Part shown: positions 9,646 through 22,413 of the stretch, piece after piece | How positions within the stretch are numbered: position 1 is the stretch's first letter | How the letters are laid out: every line of letters begins with the position of its first letter | Assembly (NCBI RefSeq): GCF_001194135.2 | Contig: NC_068982.1 | Span: 26,852,331 to 26,892,948, forward strand | Direction: 5' to 3' | From: Octopus bimaculoides | Lineage: Eukaryota | DNA length: 40,618 nt | Position numbers and translations under genes: made by a program | The notes under the pieces: model-generated | Seen by the model: the letters and a program-made list of their open reading frames with translations, nothing else | What the model was told of the DNA's origin: nothing | Databases searched by the model: none

Positions 9646-11864
9646 TTTTTATGAGTTCGCGAGTGATGTAATTATATATAATTCTTTTACCTGATAACAA
9701 CTCTGCTGGATCACAGGATCAAAACCGGAACCCATTTGTTTTAGAGGGTTAACTCGTTTTCTGTCTATTTCTATTTTCGATGGAAATTTTTTCTTTACAA
9801 ATGCATTTCTGTATTCTGACACTGAGCTGCAACGACCAAAGAGAATGAAATTCTGATCTGAAGGATAGCAAGTATCGGCACGACTGTATCCCTGTAAACA
9901 GAAAAAATATGGAAATTTATAAGGTAAATAAATAGAAAGTGAGAGATGGTTAGGGAACGAGAGGGCAGGGGAGCGATGGGGAGTGAAGAGCGAGGCACTT
10001 CATGCAATGTAAACAAGTGGAGAATATTGTTTTCGATACACTATATTCAAATCCAACACTATCCAATGTACTTTCGCTAATCACTGGCAATTAATACAAA
10101 AGGGCTGCTTCGTTCCTACGTGTGCCATTAAACTATTTGGACTCATGCTTGCCTAGAAAACAATTGTTGTTTTGTCCTTGTGTTTGGTTTGCAAGACTCT
10201 TGGTGTGAAACCGTGTTGAAACGGATCTTGTATTTTGGCAGGGTCATTAGGCCAATAGAAAATATGCACTGGTTCTATTCCATTTCTTTTATTTTAAAGA
10301 GAGAAAAAAAGAGAGGGGTGAGGAGAAGGTATCTATTATTCAAAATGCTTAGCATATTGAAACAATGTCGTGAAGATTTATAAAGATATATCGGTAGATA
10401 GTTAAATTGAATTGAAATAACTTTATCAAATAGCTGTGGACGTTACACTTTTATCTTTTACATATTCCAGACCAAAGACTGTTGCCATGCTGGAGCACGA
10501 CCATTATTCACTTTTCTTTTTGTGTTTTTCGTTTTTTGTTATATGGCTTAAATACTTATCTGTATTATGAGAGTAGACAGATACAGAAGAGAATGCAGAT
10601 ATGATAGTTAATTAGCTAGCTAGCGCGTTAGCTAGACAGATACGTAGTTGAGTCTACATATATNNNNNNNNNNNNNNNNNNNNNNNNNNNNNNNNNNNNN
10701 NNNNNNNNNNNNNNNNNNNNNNNNNNNNNNNNNNNNNNNNNNNNNNNNNNNNNNNNNNNNNNNNNNNNNNNNNNNNNNNNNNNNNNNNNNNNNNNNNNNN
10801 NNNNNNNNNNNNNNNNNNNNNNNNNNNNNNNNNNNNNNNNNNNNNNNNNNNNNNNNNNNNNNNNNNNNNNNNNNNNNNNNNNNNNNNNNNNNNNNNNNNN
10901 NNNNNNNNNNNNNNNNNNNNNNNNNNNNNNNNNNNNNNNNNNNNNNNNNNNNNNNNNNNNNNNNNNNNNNNNNNNNNNNNNNNNNNNNNNNNNNNNNNNN
11001 NNNNNNNNNNNNNNNNNNNNNNNNNATATATATATATATATATATATACATACGAATAAGATTTTTCATTTTAATTAATCTGTTATTTCTTTAAACTATA
11101 AAGCACATCATATCTGTCAAACATATTAAAAGAAGGAAAATAAGCAATACCTCCAAAGTTATTTCGATTATATTTGAATGTACAGTTTTGATTTAATGGC
11201 AGGATGTCATAAGAATTTTTGAAATTCCTTACTTGTGTTTAATATAATAGCATAATGTTTTAAAATACGCTGACTTAAACAGTAGAATTTCCACAGATCC
11301 TGCTAGTAAATATAATTTACGATAAGACTTTTCTTTCATTTTGATTAAGATATCAACGACTTCAAAGCAAAACAACGCATTACAGTTCACCTGCATTTAG
11401 CATCTCTGAGTTTTGTTGTTTTGATTGGCCTCATCCACGGATTCATTACCTTTTATTACATGTAGGACGAGATAACAAAACTGAATGAACTTTTAAATAC
11501 AAGCAGAACAAGTAAGTAAAGACGCTGTTATAACAAGAGAGTAAAAATGCTGTTGAGTAATTTAGAAAACTATTTCATTAAGCATTATGAGAGAAAAGCA
11601 AAAAATAAACAGGGCGACTCCAGCTCGCGTCGAATGATTTAGAAAGTATAAATCTCATAAATTGGAAGAAATTCAATTGCTTAAAATGATAAAGTGTTAC
11701 AAAAAATGCGTAGCGTTGAATAGTGTATCTCTAAATCTGTCAAAAGCAACTAAACTATTTAAACTGTATATTTTATGTAATGTACTGCGTACTGTTTCTC
11801 TGTTTCTTAATCCCAGAATACTTTGCTTACACGCACATTCACGCACACGTATGTATCTATAGAC

Positions 11865-11895
<31 letters not shown>

Positions 11896-12039
11896 GGGGG
11901 GTGTTTGTAAATCTTTTGTATTATTCTCTCTTGTATACGCCTCTGAAATTTGGACATCACTTCGAACTCCTAGAACGATTCCATCATAAATGCCTACGCC
12001 GTTTTCTGAAAATAAAATGAAATTCATTCACCCGCGACT

Positions 12040-12476
12040 CTGGTATTCTAGCTGCATTTGGTATTTGTTCCAGCCTGGTGATAATTTTGAAAATGCAGTT
12101 GTGATGATCTGGACATATTGTCGGTATGGCCGACGAGCGTACCTCTAAACAATTGTTCTATGGTGAACTGGTTCAGAGAAAAAAGGAAATAGTGTAAGCC
12201 AAAGAAAAGGTTCAAGGATGCATTGAAGGGCATCTTGAAGAGTGTAGGAATTGATCTAAAATCTAAAACGTCACGTAGTGGTACCTGCCATTCAAAATTA
12301 TGGATTGGCATGAAAACCTTTGAGCGCAACAGGCTAATACAGGTAAATATTAAGAGGAAAATAAAAGACTGCTAGTAAGGGAATATGGACTTGGAAGGTT
12401 TTATACTTGTACATTTTGTGGGAAAATTTTTCTGTTTGAAATTGGACTTAGATCTTACTTAAAAGCACACAAATAG
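12040..12476 (+). mobile_element. RTE-clade LINE, 3' fragment, decayed
   Basis: SGHIVGMADERTSKQLFYGELVQ...KPKKRFKDALK...YTCTFCGKIFLFEIGLRSYLKAHK*, matching the RTE pattern WxGHVxRM...PKxxxYGEL..GxR..G.PK.R.KD plus a terminal C2H2-like finger. Confidence 0.8.
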
Positions 12477-13812
12477 GGCACTGCCTACTCATTACAGAAC
12501 ATAACTATTATTTTGCTTTTATCAATGTTAACAAACTTCAGGATTTGAAAGTCTCAAGGAAGTCTGAAGAAACATTTCGAGGTTCATTAAGATAAGGCAT
12601 CACGGGCTGTTGAAGCTGCACCAAAACTAGGTTGCAGTTAATGTGCTTATCTCTGTGTGTTTACGTATTTATCACACGTTGGTTATGTCCTGTACTTAAT
12701 GTGTATATTTTATTTATTTATTTATACACAAACACACACACACATATTTGAAAAAGGAAAAGAATTATTTCACTGGTAGTTCTAATCAATTTAATTTTTT
12801 AATGATATAATTTTACAGTTTGGTTTGTAGATCTAGTAAGTTCTTTGTTAACTTCGGTGGAGAGATTTTATTAAAGATTCCTTGTTAACTTTTCTTGAGA
12901 ACTTTCTCGCATTCGTCGATGTTGATTGTCAGACTATTTCTCGAAGAGCGGGGTCCCAAACGCGAAATATTAAAATACCAGGTCATAGTGCTAACCATCG
13001 ATTTGTATTATCAATTTATATACCTTGCGTTGTTTTTTTATTAAAAAAGTTAAAACACACATACACAATATATGTATATACACACATACATGTTNNNNNN
13101 NNNNNNNNNNNNNNNNNNNNNNNNNNNNNNNNNNNNNNNNNNNNNNNNNNNNNNNNNNNNNNNNNNNNNNNNNNNNNNNNNNNNNNNNNNNNNNNNNNNN
13201 NNNNNNNNNNNNNNNNNNNNNNNNNNNNNNNNNNNNNNNNNNNNNNNNNNNNNNNNNNNNNNNNNNNNNNNNNNNNNNNNNNNNNNNNNNNNNNNNNNNN
13301 NNNNNNNNNNNNNNNNNNNNNNNNNNNNNNNNNNNNNNNNNNNNNNNNNNNNNNNNNNNNNNNNNNNNNNNNNNNNNNNNNNNNNNNNNNNNNNNNNNNN
13401 NNNNNNNNNNNNNNNNNNNNNNNNNNNNNNNNNNNNNNNNNNNNNNNNNNNNNNNNNNNNNNNNNNNNNNNNNNNNNNNNNNNNNNNNNNNNNNNNNNNN
13501 NNNNNNNNNNNNNNNNNNNNNNNNNNNNNNNNNNNNNNNNNNNNNNNNNNNNNNNNNNNNNNNNNNNNNNNNNNNNNNNNNNNNNNNNGCTCAAAGACAA
13601 TATAATGTATGGGTATTTTTTTTTTTTTTATATATTATTGTTTTATATATTATTTTCTTCATTTGTACTTCTTGATAATTTGCTTCTTCGCAATGAAAAC
13701 CGGTTAGAAAAAATCTTTATTAAAATATGCTTCCAGTTCAGCATTCTGGCTTTTTTTCATTTTCCTATTATTTCTCCACGTGCGGTTAACACAACCCCAC
13801 TATTTACTGACT

Positions 13813-13844
<32 letters not shown>

Positions 13845-14080
13845 CACAGTGACTCTTTGCTGCTTATACAGAGTTTGACCAACGCTTGTACTGTTATCTT
13901 AGATTTATTATGGCGTCTGATGTGGCTTTTTAAACTTGACAATGTTTTGTAAAGACACCCACATAAATTGCATATCTGCTTTGTACCATCAAGAGATGCA
14001 GTTAAGTTCTGATCTTTGTAGATCTTAAAATGTCTTTTCAGGCCACCGTAAGATTTGCAGACTTTATGGTATACACGGCA

Positions 14081-14460
14081 TTAACAGGAATGCACATATA
14101 GACAGGCAGAGTAGTTAGTGGAGGTTTGTTTTTCATGGGTCCTCCAATGAGATTTAAGCCCAGCAAAACAAAAGCATGGTCTGTCACAAATTGTGCGCAC
14201 AAAAAGATTGCTGGGATTCATTCTCACTTTGGTCGTAGTATTTTTCGTTAAATTTCTTTTGAGTTTCGCATGGGTCAACCTGGTTTCTTCAGAAGCTTTC
14301 ACTCCACTCCACACTTTTGTTCGCCATCCAGCTCGATCCGAAGCATTGATTTCTATGGCCTTTGGATCCATTCCAAGTGACTCCATGCTAGTTCTTATAC
14401 AGTCCTTAAACCTCTTACAATTTCTTTTCTTCAAGACTGATGGGAATTACTTTTTTCGGC
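14081..14460 (-). mobile_element. RTE-clade LINE, 3' fragment
   Basis: KRFKDCIRTSMESLGMDPKAIEINASDRAGWRTKVWSGVKASEETR...ICDRPCFCFAGLKSHWRTH (A.DR..WR motif and C-terminal zinc finger). Confidence 0.83.
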
Positions 14461-14747
14461 GTAATGTAGAGTACATAGTGTGTGTGTGTGCGTTTGTGAG
14501 TGCATACACACACATACGTATATATATACACAAATACACACATCTACAGTTATGCATGTATGTATGTATGTATGCATGCATGCATGTATGTATGTATGTA
14601 TGTACGCATGTGAGCACATATGTCAGATTAGTTTTTAAATATTTATGACATCACTATTTCTATTTTCCTTTTCATTGTTTTACCTCTTCTTTTTCGTTCC
14701 TTCTGCTGCTATACTGCAGTGGAGCAGGAAGGTTATATAAACACACT

Positions 14748-14754
<7 letters not shown>

Positions 14755-14827
<73 letters not shown>
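14755..14827. repeat. (CA)n microsatellite
   Basis: Directly visible. Confidence 0.97.
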
Positions 14828-14828
<1 letters not shown>

Positions 14829-14950
14829 TGCACTCTACAGTACATTGAATAAAGTAATTCTCATGAATTACTTTATTCAATCGGTTCTGACGAAATAATC
14901 GCCGATGCTATTATACATTACTATACATTATATAATATGTGTGACTTAAT

Positions 14951-15420
14951 AATCGTTATCATCAATGTGTATAGACATGATGTGTGATTGCTCACTTCAG
15001 TCTTTGAAACAATAGCAAACGACAGAAGAAATTTATATTATAAATTCCACTCTTCATGTACTTGTTCTCTACGACAGTAGTAAACATTTCAGATTTTCTG
15101 TTTGGACGAAATCTGACTTTCCACAGGAAAAATTCTTTTTTATGCAACTTCAGACTCCCACCAATTGTTGAGTGCTCTCTGTTATAGGCAACTGGATAGT
15201 GTAATCCCGCCTTACTCACTATATATGCATGTCTAAATTCATCGCTATCATCATTGGCTATAAACATGATGTGTGATTTGTTGCCTCAACTCGTTGAAAC
15301 AACTGAAATCATAGAATGAAGGTTATATCATAAACTCCACTCTTCACGTATTCACTCACTGCGATGGTGGTAAACTTTAAGGATTTTCATCTAACCGCAT
15401 GCTTAGACGAGATTTGTTGC
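14951..15420. repeat. Diverged tandem duplication, period about 289 bp
   Basis: ATCG(T/C)TATCATCA...ACATGATGTGTGATT...TTGAAACAA...TATAT(T/C)ATAAA(T/C)TCCACTCTTCA(T/C)GTA...GTAAAC...GATTTTC at about 14951 and 15240. Confidence 0.8.
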
Positions 15421-15614
15421 TTCCGATATGTAGGAAAACAGTGAAAACGTTCACTGGTAATCGATTGCTGAACAAAACTGTTATACCACTCATACAGTTA
15501 ATATATTGTCAGAGAGGTCGACTTATTTTCTTTGTTCGCTTTCTAATATATATCACTGAATCTTCGTACTGTAGTTGCTATAATGTACGGGGGAGTTGTG
15601 GCCTCCATTGCTCT

Positions 15615-16232
15615 CCTCAATAAAATGTAAGCACAAGAGACCTGATATGATGATTTTGGATAGAGAAGAAAAACTGTACACAGTTGTGGAAATTAGCTAC
15701 CCAGTGGATGTTAACAGAAAGCTGAAGATCAATGAAAAAGAGAACACCTATGCTGAACTATTGAGAAATCTGCAGTTACCCTATCCAGATTACAAGTTCA
15801 GGTTTATACCTGTAATTATTGGGGCCCTGAGATATGTATCACACTGCCTAAATAGCAATATTGATAAATTAGGCTTCTCAGAACCAGAAAGGAGGAAGCT
15901 AATTCAGAGACTACAGATACAATCCATCACTGGAACTAAATGTCTGTAAAACTTTCCAGAAATTTATCATTTAAATATATATGAGCATGCTTAGATATGT
16001 AACTATATGCATGAGAATACATATATAAAACATACAAATCTGCACATACATACATACATACATACATACATACATACATACATACATACATACAAATAAA
16101 CAAAAACACCTGTTGTTGATGTTGAAATTCCAATGAAGGAACCTTGGATCTAGGTTAGAAACCGGTTCTTTTTCTATTGGCATGAAACTAAATTATGACA
16201 TCCCTGCTTACATACATAATACATACATACAT
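15615..16232 (+). mobile_element. R4/Dong-like (RLE, PD-(D/E)xK endonuclease) non-LTR 3' end with (CATA)n
   Basis: KHKRPDMMILDREEKLYTVVEISYPVDVN..LKINEKENTYAELL...FIPVIIGALRYV is a typical RLE domain. A frameshift near 15940 precedes the likely stop at 15972-15974. The 3' UTR contains (CATA)n at 16045-16092 and a short terminal (CATA)n at about 16210-16232. Confidence 0.82.
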
Positions 16233-16237
16233 ACACG

Positions 16238-16345
16238 TTATTATCATCATCATCATCGTTTATTTCCCCCTTTTCCATATTTGCATGAGTCGAACGGAAT
16301 TTGTCGAGGTGGACTTTCTACATCCAGATGCCATTTTTCTTTCAT
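16238..16345 (-). mobile_element. Possible retroposon 3' tail ending in (GAT)n
   Basis: Minus strand reads GGCATCTGGATGTAGAAAG...ATGCAAATATGGAAAAGGGGGAAATAAACGATGATGATG; family assignment is from recollection only. Confidence 0.35.
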
Positions 16346-17749
16346 TTTTGCGTAATGTCATTTCCATGTTAACAAATACTGGTCCATATCATGTACATTA
16401 GAGATCATCTTTCAGTGTCCATGTCAAATCTAATCCATCAAAACTCAGCAACAAGCAACAAGCCAACTGGGACATTTTCAAAAAAAAACTTATGTAAGCA
16501 AGACAGCAGTACGTGGAGTATCTGTATGTGACCTACCTGTATAACTAACTCAGCTGTTAAAACAGTTTGAGTAATATTGTTATGATGTTCATTTGCTTCC
16601 TTTTGATTTTATATTATTATTTTTGTTTTAATCCATGGAGGTAGTCAAATATCACACTTCTTCCCTTTCTGTTTAAAATGAACAATTTGCGCTTTCTAGC
16701 TTCTTCTGTTAAAAAGTGAGTAAGGGTTACTTCTGTGTCGTGAAAAATAGTTATGTTTGTGGATAGAACGTAAGCAACCCAATATAGTTTTCTCTAAGTT
16801 AGAATTTTCTCTATAACTTGAAGAGAGGCAGTACTCGTATCTCCCCACACCCAAGTAATATACAAAAACTGAAGGTTGATAACTCCCTTAATTTACAAAC
16901 GTAAGCCGTGAAAAACAGAGAAATACATGGAAATTGGGAACTACATAATACTGAAAACAGAGGCAACTCACGCCCTCAATTATTCTTCGTACCCCTCTAA
17001 ATTTTTTGAGATTCTCTAAAACACTCACGGTATTCTTGCGCGTGACAGTGAAGCTGTGTCATTGTAACAGTCAAGTATCTTCCAAGCATAAGTGGATACT
17101 TCAGTGTGTAAGTTAATGGAGTAAGACAAACTGCTTCCTCGGCAGCTCAGCTTCTCTCAACATATCAAAAACCGCAAGTTGAAAAATGCGATTTATTGAC
17201 TGTTTGCGTTGTTCACTGACGTATTTCGTTCAGATACGGATACAGTTATTCCGCCGTAGCATTAAGGTCGTCTGATGGAGTAAAAGAGTTGCTATGTTTA
17301 AACATCCCTCCCTTCCTTTCTCTCTCTCTTTCGCTCCCTCTCTCTCCATCTTTGTCTCTCTCTCTCTCTCTCTCCATCTCACTCTATCTCACTCTCTCTC
17401 TCATTGTCTTCTTTCATACATAATATCAATTACAAAAATTATCACAAGAGTTATCCTATGCAACTGCTAGCTAGATTTCAAGGTAATTGCTACAAAGGTA
17501 AAAATAATATACTGTGCCTTTGTTATTATGTTTGCGTACGTCCCAATCGGTATGTGTCTGGTTAGGTCAAAGAAGTTTGACATTGCACAAAACAGCAATA
17601 GTAACGTCAGAAATGACTTCAACTTATTTAGTTATAAAATTTTGATGTTTGGTTATGAACTGTTAATGAAATTTTATGTCCGTCGAGGTCTCTAAAAGTA
17701 ATATCTGTATTATGACGTCTTTAATATCTGCGTACATGTGAGAGAGTGT

Positions 17750-17777
17750 ATATGTGTGTGAGAGTGTGTCGGCGTAC

Positions 17778-17828
<51 letters not shown>

Positions 17829-18055
17829 CNNNNNNNNNNNNNNNNNNNNNNNNNNNNNNNNNNNNNNNNNNNNNNNNNNNNNNNNNNNNNNNNNNNNNNN
17901 NNNNNNNNNNNNNNNNNNNNNNNNNNNNNNNNNNNNNNNNNNNNNNNNNNNNNNNNNNNNNNNNNNNNNNNNNNNNNNNNNNNNNNNNNNNNNNNNNNNN
18001 NNNNNNNNNNNNNNNNNNNNNNNNNNNNNNNNNNNNNNNNTGCGTGTGTGTGTGT

Positions 18056-18108
<53 letters not shown>

Positions 18109-18130
18109 CTTATGTGTGTGTGTGCGCGCT
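17750..18130. repeat. (GT)n arrays flanking an assembly gap
   Basis: Directly visible. Confidence 0.95.
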
Positions 18131-18394
18131 CATATCTTTGAGTAAGTTTCTGAGTGAATCATAGCTACTAATTTTATAGGTCGGAAATCTCCGGTTTTGT
18201 TCGAGCATGCGCAATTCAAGAGATAGAAAGCAAACAGAAATGTATTTCGTTAATATATGCAATACATTTTTAGTACACACACGCACATATATTTGCACAC
18301 ACACGCACACACACATATATATATCTGTAGATAGATAGATACATATATACATACATATATACATCTTTTATCTTTTAATTGTTTCATTCATTAA

Positions 18395-18779
18395 ATTGCA
18401 GGCATGCTGGGGCACCACCTGAAAAAAATATTTTTGCCATATGAAACGGCCCCAGAACTTTTTTTTAAATCTGATACTTATTCTAACAACCGTTTATGCC
18501 AAACTGCTAAGTTACGGGTACGTAAACTCGCCAACACCGATTGTCAAGCGGTGGAGAGACAAACACAGACACGATCACAAACACGTACACACACACACTC
18601 ACACACACATATACGACGGGCTTCTTTCAGTATCCATCTACCAAATCCATTCACAAGACTTTGATTGGCCCGATTTCATAGTAGAAGACATTTGCTCAAG
18701 GTATCACATAGTGGGTCTGAATCCGGGACCATGTGGCTGGGATGCAAGCTTCTTACCACAAAGCCACGACTGCGCCTAC
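18395..18779 (-). mobile_element. SINE family A, full-length diverged copy
   Basis: Reverse complement starts AGGCGCAGTCGTGGCTTTGTGGTAAGAAGCTTGC...GGTCCCGGATTCAGACCC, with internal (CA)n and the family tail. Confidence 0.87.
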
Positions 18780-18793
18780 ATACACACATATTT

Positions 18794-18833
<40 letters not shown>

Positions 18834-19104
18834 TGCATACATACATACACATTTATGGTGAATTGAGGGCATTTTTTCCATTCAATATTGTTACGTATAA
18901 AATTTACATGTCTCTGATTATTTGACCATAAGTCTTGATTATGTAATTTGCAATATGTAACTAATGATCACTTTACGCTAATGAAACGTACCTAAAATGT
19001 TTAAGCTAGATATTTTATACACAATCTCTCTTTTTCTTTTCTTTTCTTTTTATTTTTCTTTTATTTATTTATTTATTTGTTTTGTTTTCTACATTTACTC
19101 TGCA

Positions 19105-19521
19105 TAACATTCAAACTTGGATTTCATAACAAAGGATGGAATTACAATACACTAGTGGCTCTCAAAGTGAACGGTGGAAAGTTCCAAGGGGGCGTTGGAG
19201 AAAAGTGGAGCGTTTATGGACTATCATCTCTTCGGCCCCATGAAAGAGGGTTTGAGAGGCAAACATCATTCCAGTGACGAGGAAGTGAAAACTGTAGTGA
19301 AGAAGTGGCTCAAAGAACAGTCAACAGAATTTTACGAGGCAGGGATACATGCTCTCATTTGAAGTTGAAACATTGCTATTGAGAGAAACGGTGGCTATGT
19401 TGAGAAGTAGGGATGTGATCCGCAGAGGACCAGCTTCATTTTGATGTATGATACATGTTCCTGTGTTGGTAATTATACCTGTCCTAAACAAAATGGCATT
19501 AATTTTTGACTCACCATCGTA
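19105..19521 (+). mobile_element. Mariner transposon 3' end (internally deleted) with right TIR and TA
   Basis: DYHLFGPMKEGLRGKHHSSDEEVKTVVKKWLKEQSTEFYEAGIHALI*...ERNGGYVEK* (third catalytic D region of D34D mariners). Ends TTTTTGACTCACCATCG|TA. The left TIR was not found. Confidence 0.87.
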
Positions 19522-19834
19522 TTTAGTCAGTGTGTTTTAGATATCCCAGGGCCCCAATGATTACAGGTATAAACGTGAACTTGTAATCTAGATAGAGTAA
19601 CTGCAGATTTCTTACTAGTTCAGCATAGGTGTTCACTTTTTCACTGATCTTCAGCTTTATGTTAACATCCATTGGGCAGCTAATTTCCACAACTGTATAC
19701 AGTTTCTCTTCTTATCCCAAATCATTATATCAGGTCTGTTGTGCTTACATTTTATTGAGGTTTTCATTGGTACATTCCATCAGTATTCCTTTTTATTATG
19801 AGTGGCTATGGATTCTACCATATCGTGGGTTCTT

Positions 19835-20020
19835 ATGTATGTATGTATGTATGTATGTATGTATGTATGTATGTATGTATGTATGTATGTATGTATGTAT
19901 GTGTGTGTATGCATGTATGTATACATATATATATATATATATATGTACATATATATGTATGTATATATAGTATATATATATGTATATATGTATATATGCA
20001 TACACGAGTGTGTATGTGTG

Positions 20021-20079
<59 letters not shown>

Positions 20080-20760
20080 NNNNNNNNNNNNNNNNNNNNN
20101 NNNNNNNNNNNNNNNNNNNNNNNNNNNNNNNNNNNNNNNNNNNNNNNNNNNNNNNNNNNNNNNNNNNNNNNNNNNNNNNNNNNNNNNNNNNNNNNNNNNN
20201 NNNNNNNNNNNNNNNNNNNNNNNNNNNNNNNNNNNNNNNNNNNNNNNNNNNNNNNNNNNNNNNNNNNNNNNNNNNNNNNNNNNNNNNNNNNNNNNNNNNN
20301 NNNNNNNNNNNNNNNNNNNNNNNNNNNNNNNNNNNNNNNNNNNNNNNNNNNNNNNNNNNNNNNNNNNNNNNNNNNNNNNNNNNNNNNNNNNNNNNNNNNN
20401 NNNNNNNNNNNNNNNNNNNNNNNNNNNNNNNNNNNNNNNNNNNNNNNNNNNNNNNNNNNNNNNNNNNNNNNNNNNNNNNNNNNNNNNNNNNNNNNNNNNN
20501 NNNNNNNNNNNNNNNNNNNNNNNNNNNNNNNNNNNNNNNNNNNNNNNNNNNNNNNNNNNNNNNNNNNNNNNNNNNNNNNNNNNNNNNNNNNNNNNNNNNN
20601 NNNNNNNNNNNNNNNNNNNNNNNNNNNNNNNNNNNNNNNNNNNNNNNNNNNNNNNNNNNNNNNNNNNNNNNNNNNNNNNNNNNNNNNNNNNNNNNNNNNN
20701 NNNNNNNNNNNNNNNNNNNNNNNNNNNNNNNNNNNNNNNNNNNNNNNNNNNNNNNNNNNN

Positions 20761-20792
<32 letters not shown>

Positions 20793-20885
20793 AATACATA
20801 TATATATACATATGCCCATACATACATACGCATATATATATACACACAGAAACATACATACATTCAAGCACATATACATACATTC
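19835..20885. repeat. (TATG)n/(TA)n microsatellite complex spanning a gap
   Basis: Directly visible. Confidence 0.96.
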
Positions 20886-21927
20886 TACTTTTGAATTCAA
20901 TATAATTAGTTGGACCACTTCAAAATGTTAGATTCATCCTACCCAAGTGTGCACTTAAATGTTTTATTCCCTATGTAAATGATTATTGTAGCACGAGAAT
21001 GAACCTATACCGGATTCGCTAAGTTATACTCTCTAGTTTTGTAACATCTTTATTTGATTGTGGCTGAATGCTAGAGTCATATGTATTTGAGGGAATCAGT
21101 TTGCATAGTAGCTAGATGTATTTAATAGCTTTATTTGCAATTAAGATATTTACTCTGGCATTGTGTATTGTGCGAATACGTTGAAAATGAACGCATACCA
21201 AATTTAATAGGCTACCATCACGTTTTGGAACATCTTTCTGTTTGTTTCTAAGCTGAAATTAATTTAATAGTTGGTTTTTGCTTTCTATATCTTTTGTCGT
21301 TAGAAGTAATGAATTAATATTGAAACTGAAGAAGCTGATGATTCGTTCCACAAATGATAAATTGAACATTTTAGTCTTTGCGTTCTTGGTCATATGTTAG
21401 TTCAGGACTGAAAATGTTGTTCGATGTATGTACACAAGAATATTTAGTTGTCTTGTTGCCAATCTAATAACAATAGTTGTAAAGAGACTAAAAGAAACTG
21501 AGATAAAAAAAAAAATTATATTCAAATAGTTAACAGTCTTCCCTGTACAAATCTGTTAAATATATTTAATACCAATATACTACTTAAAAATGATATATTA
21601 TTTAAGTAGCGTATATGTTTTTTGAAAACAAAATATTGAAATTTTAGTTTGATAAGACGATAATTCAGTGGGAGGAACGTAATTAATTCAATCGAGCCCA
21701 GTATAAATATTTTATCGCCGCTCGAATGTTGAAAAATAGCGATCGTCTCTGGCAAGATTTGAACTTAGATCGCTAACGGTTGTAACTATACTCTGTTGGG
21801 TAGTTAGCATAGCAATCTATTATTCCTGGTGCTCGACCGCACGTAGAAAGAATCGTAATAAGAACCTAAATGTATTAAAAAAATTGCTAGAAAAACTTTC
21901 ATTTTCCGTAATATCCAAGAAACTTAC

Positions 21928-22032
21928 ATGATCTCTGTATTCGTACTGATAGGTTGTTCCAAATTCCAACACACTCTTTGGTGGACGCTTCTTCAAGAGC
22001 TTCATCTTAGGATATGACTTCATATTTATCAG
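21928..22032 (-). CDS. Candidate coding exon C (105 nt, phase 0/0) of an unidentified gene
   Basis: CAG acceptor, donor CAT|GTAAGT, open frame LINMKSYPKMKLLKKRPPKSVLEFGTTYQYEYRDH. Confidence 0.35.
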
Positions 22033-22129
22033 CTGGTTGTGACCGCTTGCCAATAAAAGAAATTATATTTAATTACTGGTTGTAAAAAGAGATAAAAGTA
22101 CGCTATGAATATTGAAGCGTTTCACTTAC

Positions 22130-22184
22130 AGGTATCACCGGACATTTATGAACATATTTTTGAAAGTGCGGCGGCTGTTGAGAT
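22130..22184 (-). CDS. Candidate coding exon B (55 nt, phase 2/0)
   Basis: Acceptor TTTTAACGTCTCAG|, donor CCT|GTAAGT, open frame (R)SQQPPHFQKYVHKCPVIP. Confidence 0.3.
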
Positions 22185-22311
22185 CTGAGACGTTAAAATG
22201 CCGGTAAAGTAACTGACGTTTGTTCGTATCCTACATCTACCTCATGTATTCAAATTGCCTTCACTGTTGTATATAGGTGTCGTACTGAAAATATATGCGT
22301 AGTTCCCTTAC

Positions 22312-22384
22312 CTTTGAGGACTCGCATTCGTCTTATAACAACTACGAAGCAGTTTCAGCTTATTGATTGTTTCATAGATGAGCA
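22312..22384 (-). CDS. Candidate coding exon A (73 nt, phase 1/2)
   Basis: Acceptor TTCAAATATTTAG|, donor AAAG|GTAAGG, only open frame LIYETINKLKLLRSCYKTNASPQ. Confidence 0.3.
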
Positions 22385-22413
22385 CTAAATATTTGAAGCA
22401 GGCATATAATGAC

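Noticed and set aside
14992-15400. Minus-frame peptides KSEMFTTVV..KSGIYNINF / KSLKFTTIA..KSGVYDITF as a GIY-YIG or selected protein repeat
   Set aside because: Codon comparison gave about 6 third-position versus about 12 first/second-position differences (neutral ratio), and no YIG follows
16130-16175. Hammerhead-like order CCAAUGA...GAAAC
   Set aside because: The core CUGANGA is not matched and an alternative long stem explains the sequence better
22033-22045. Alternative AAG acceptor for exon C
   Set aside because: After exon B (phase 0) it leads to TAA after 12 codons, so only the CAG acceptor keeps the frame
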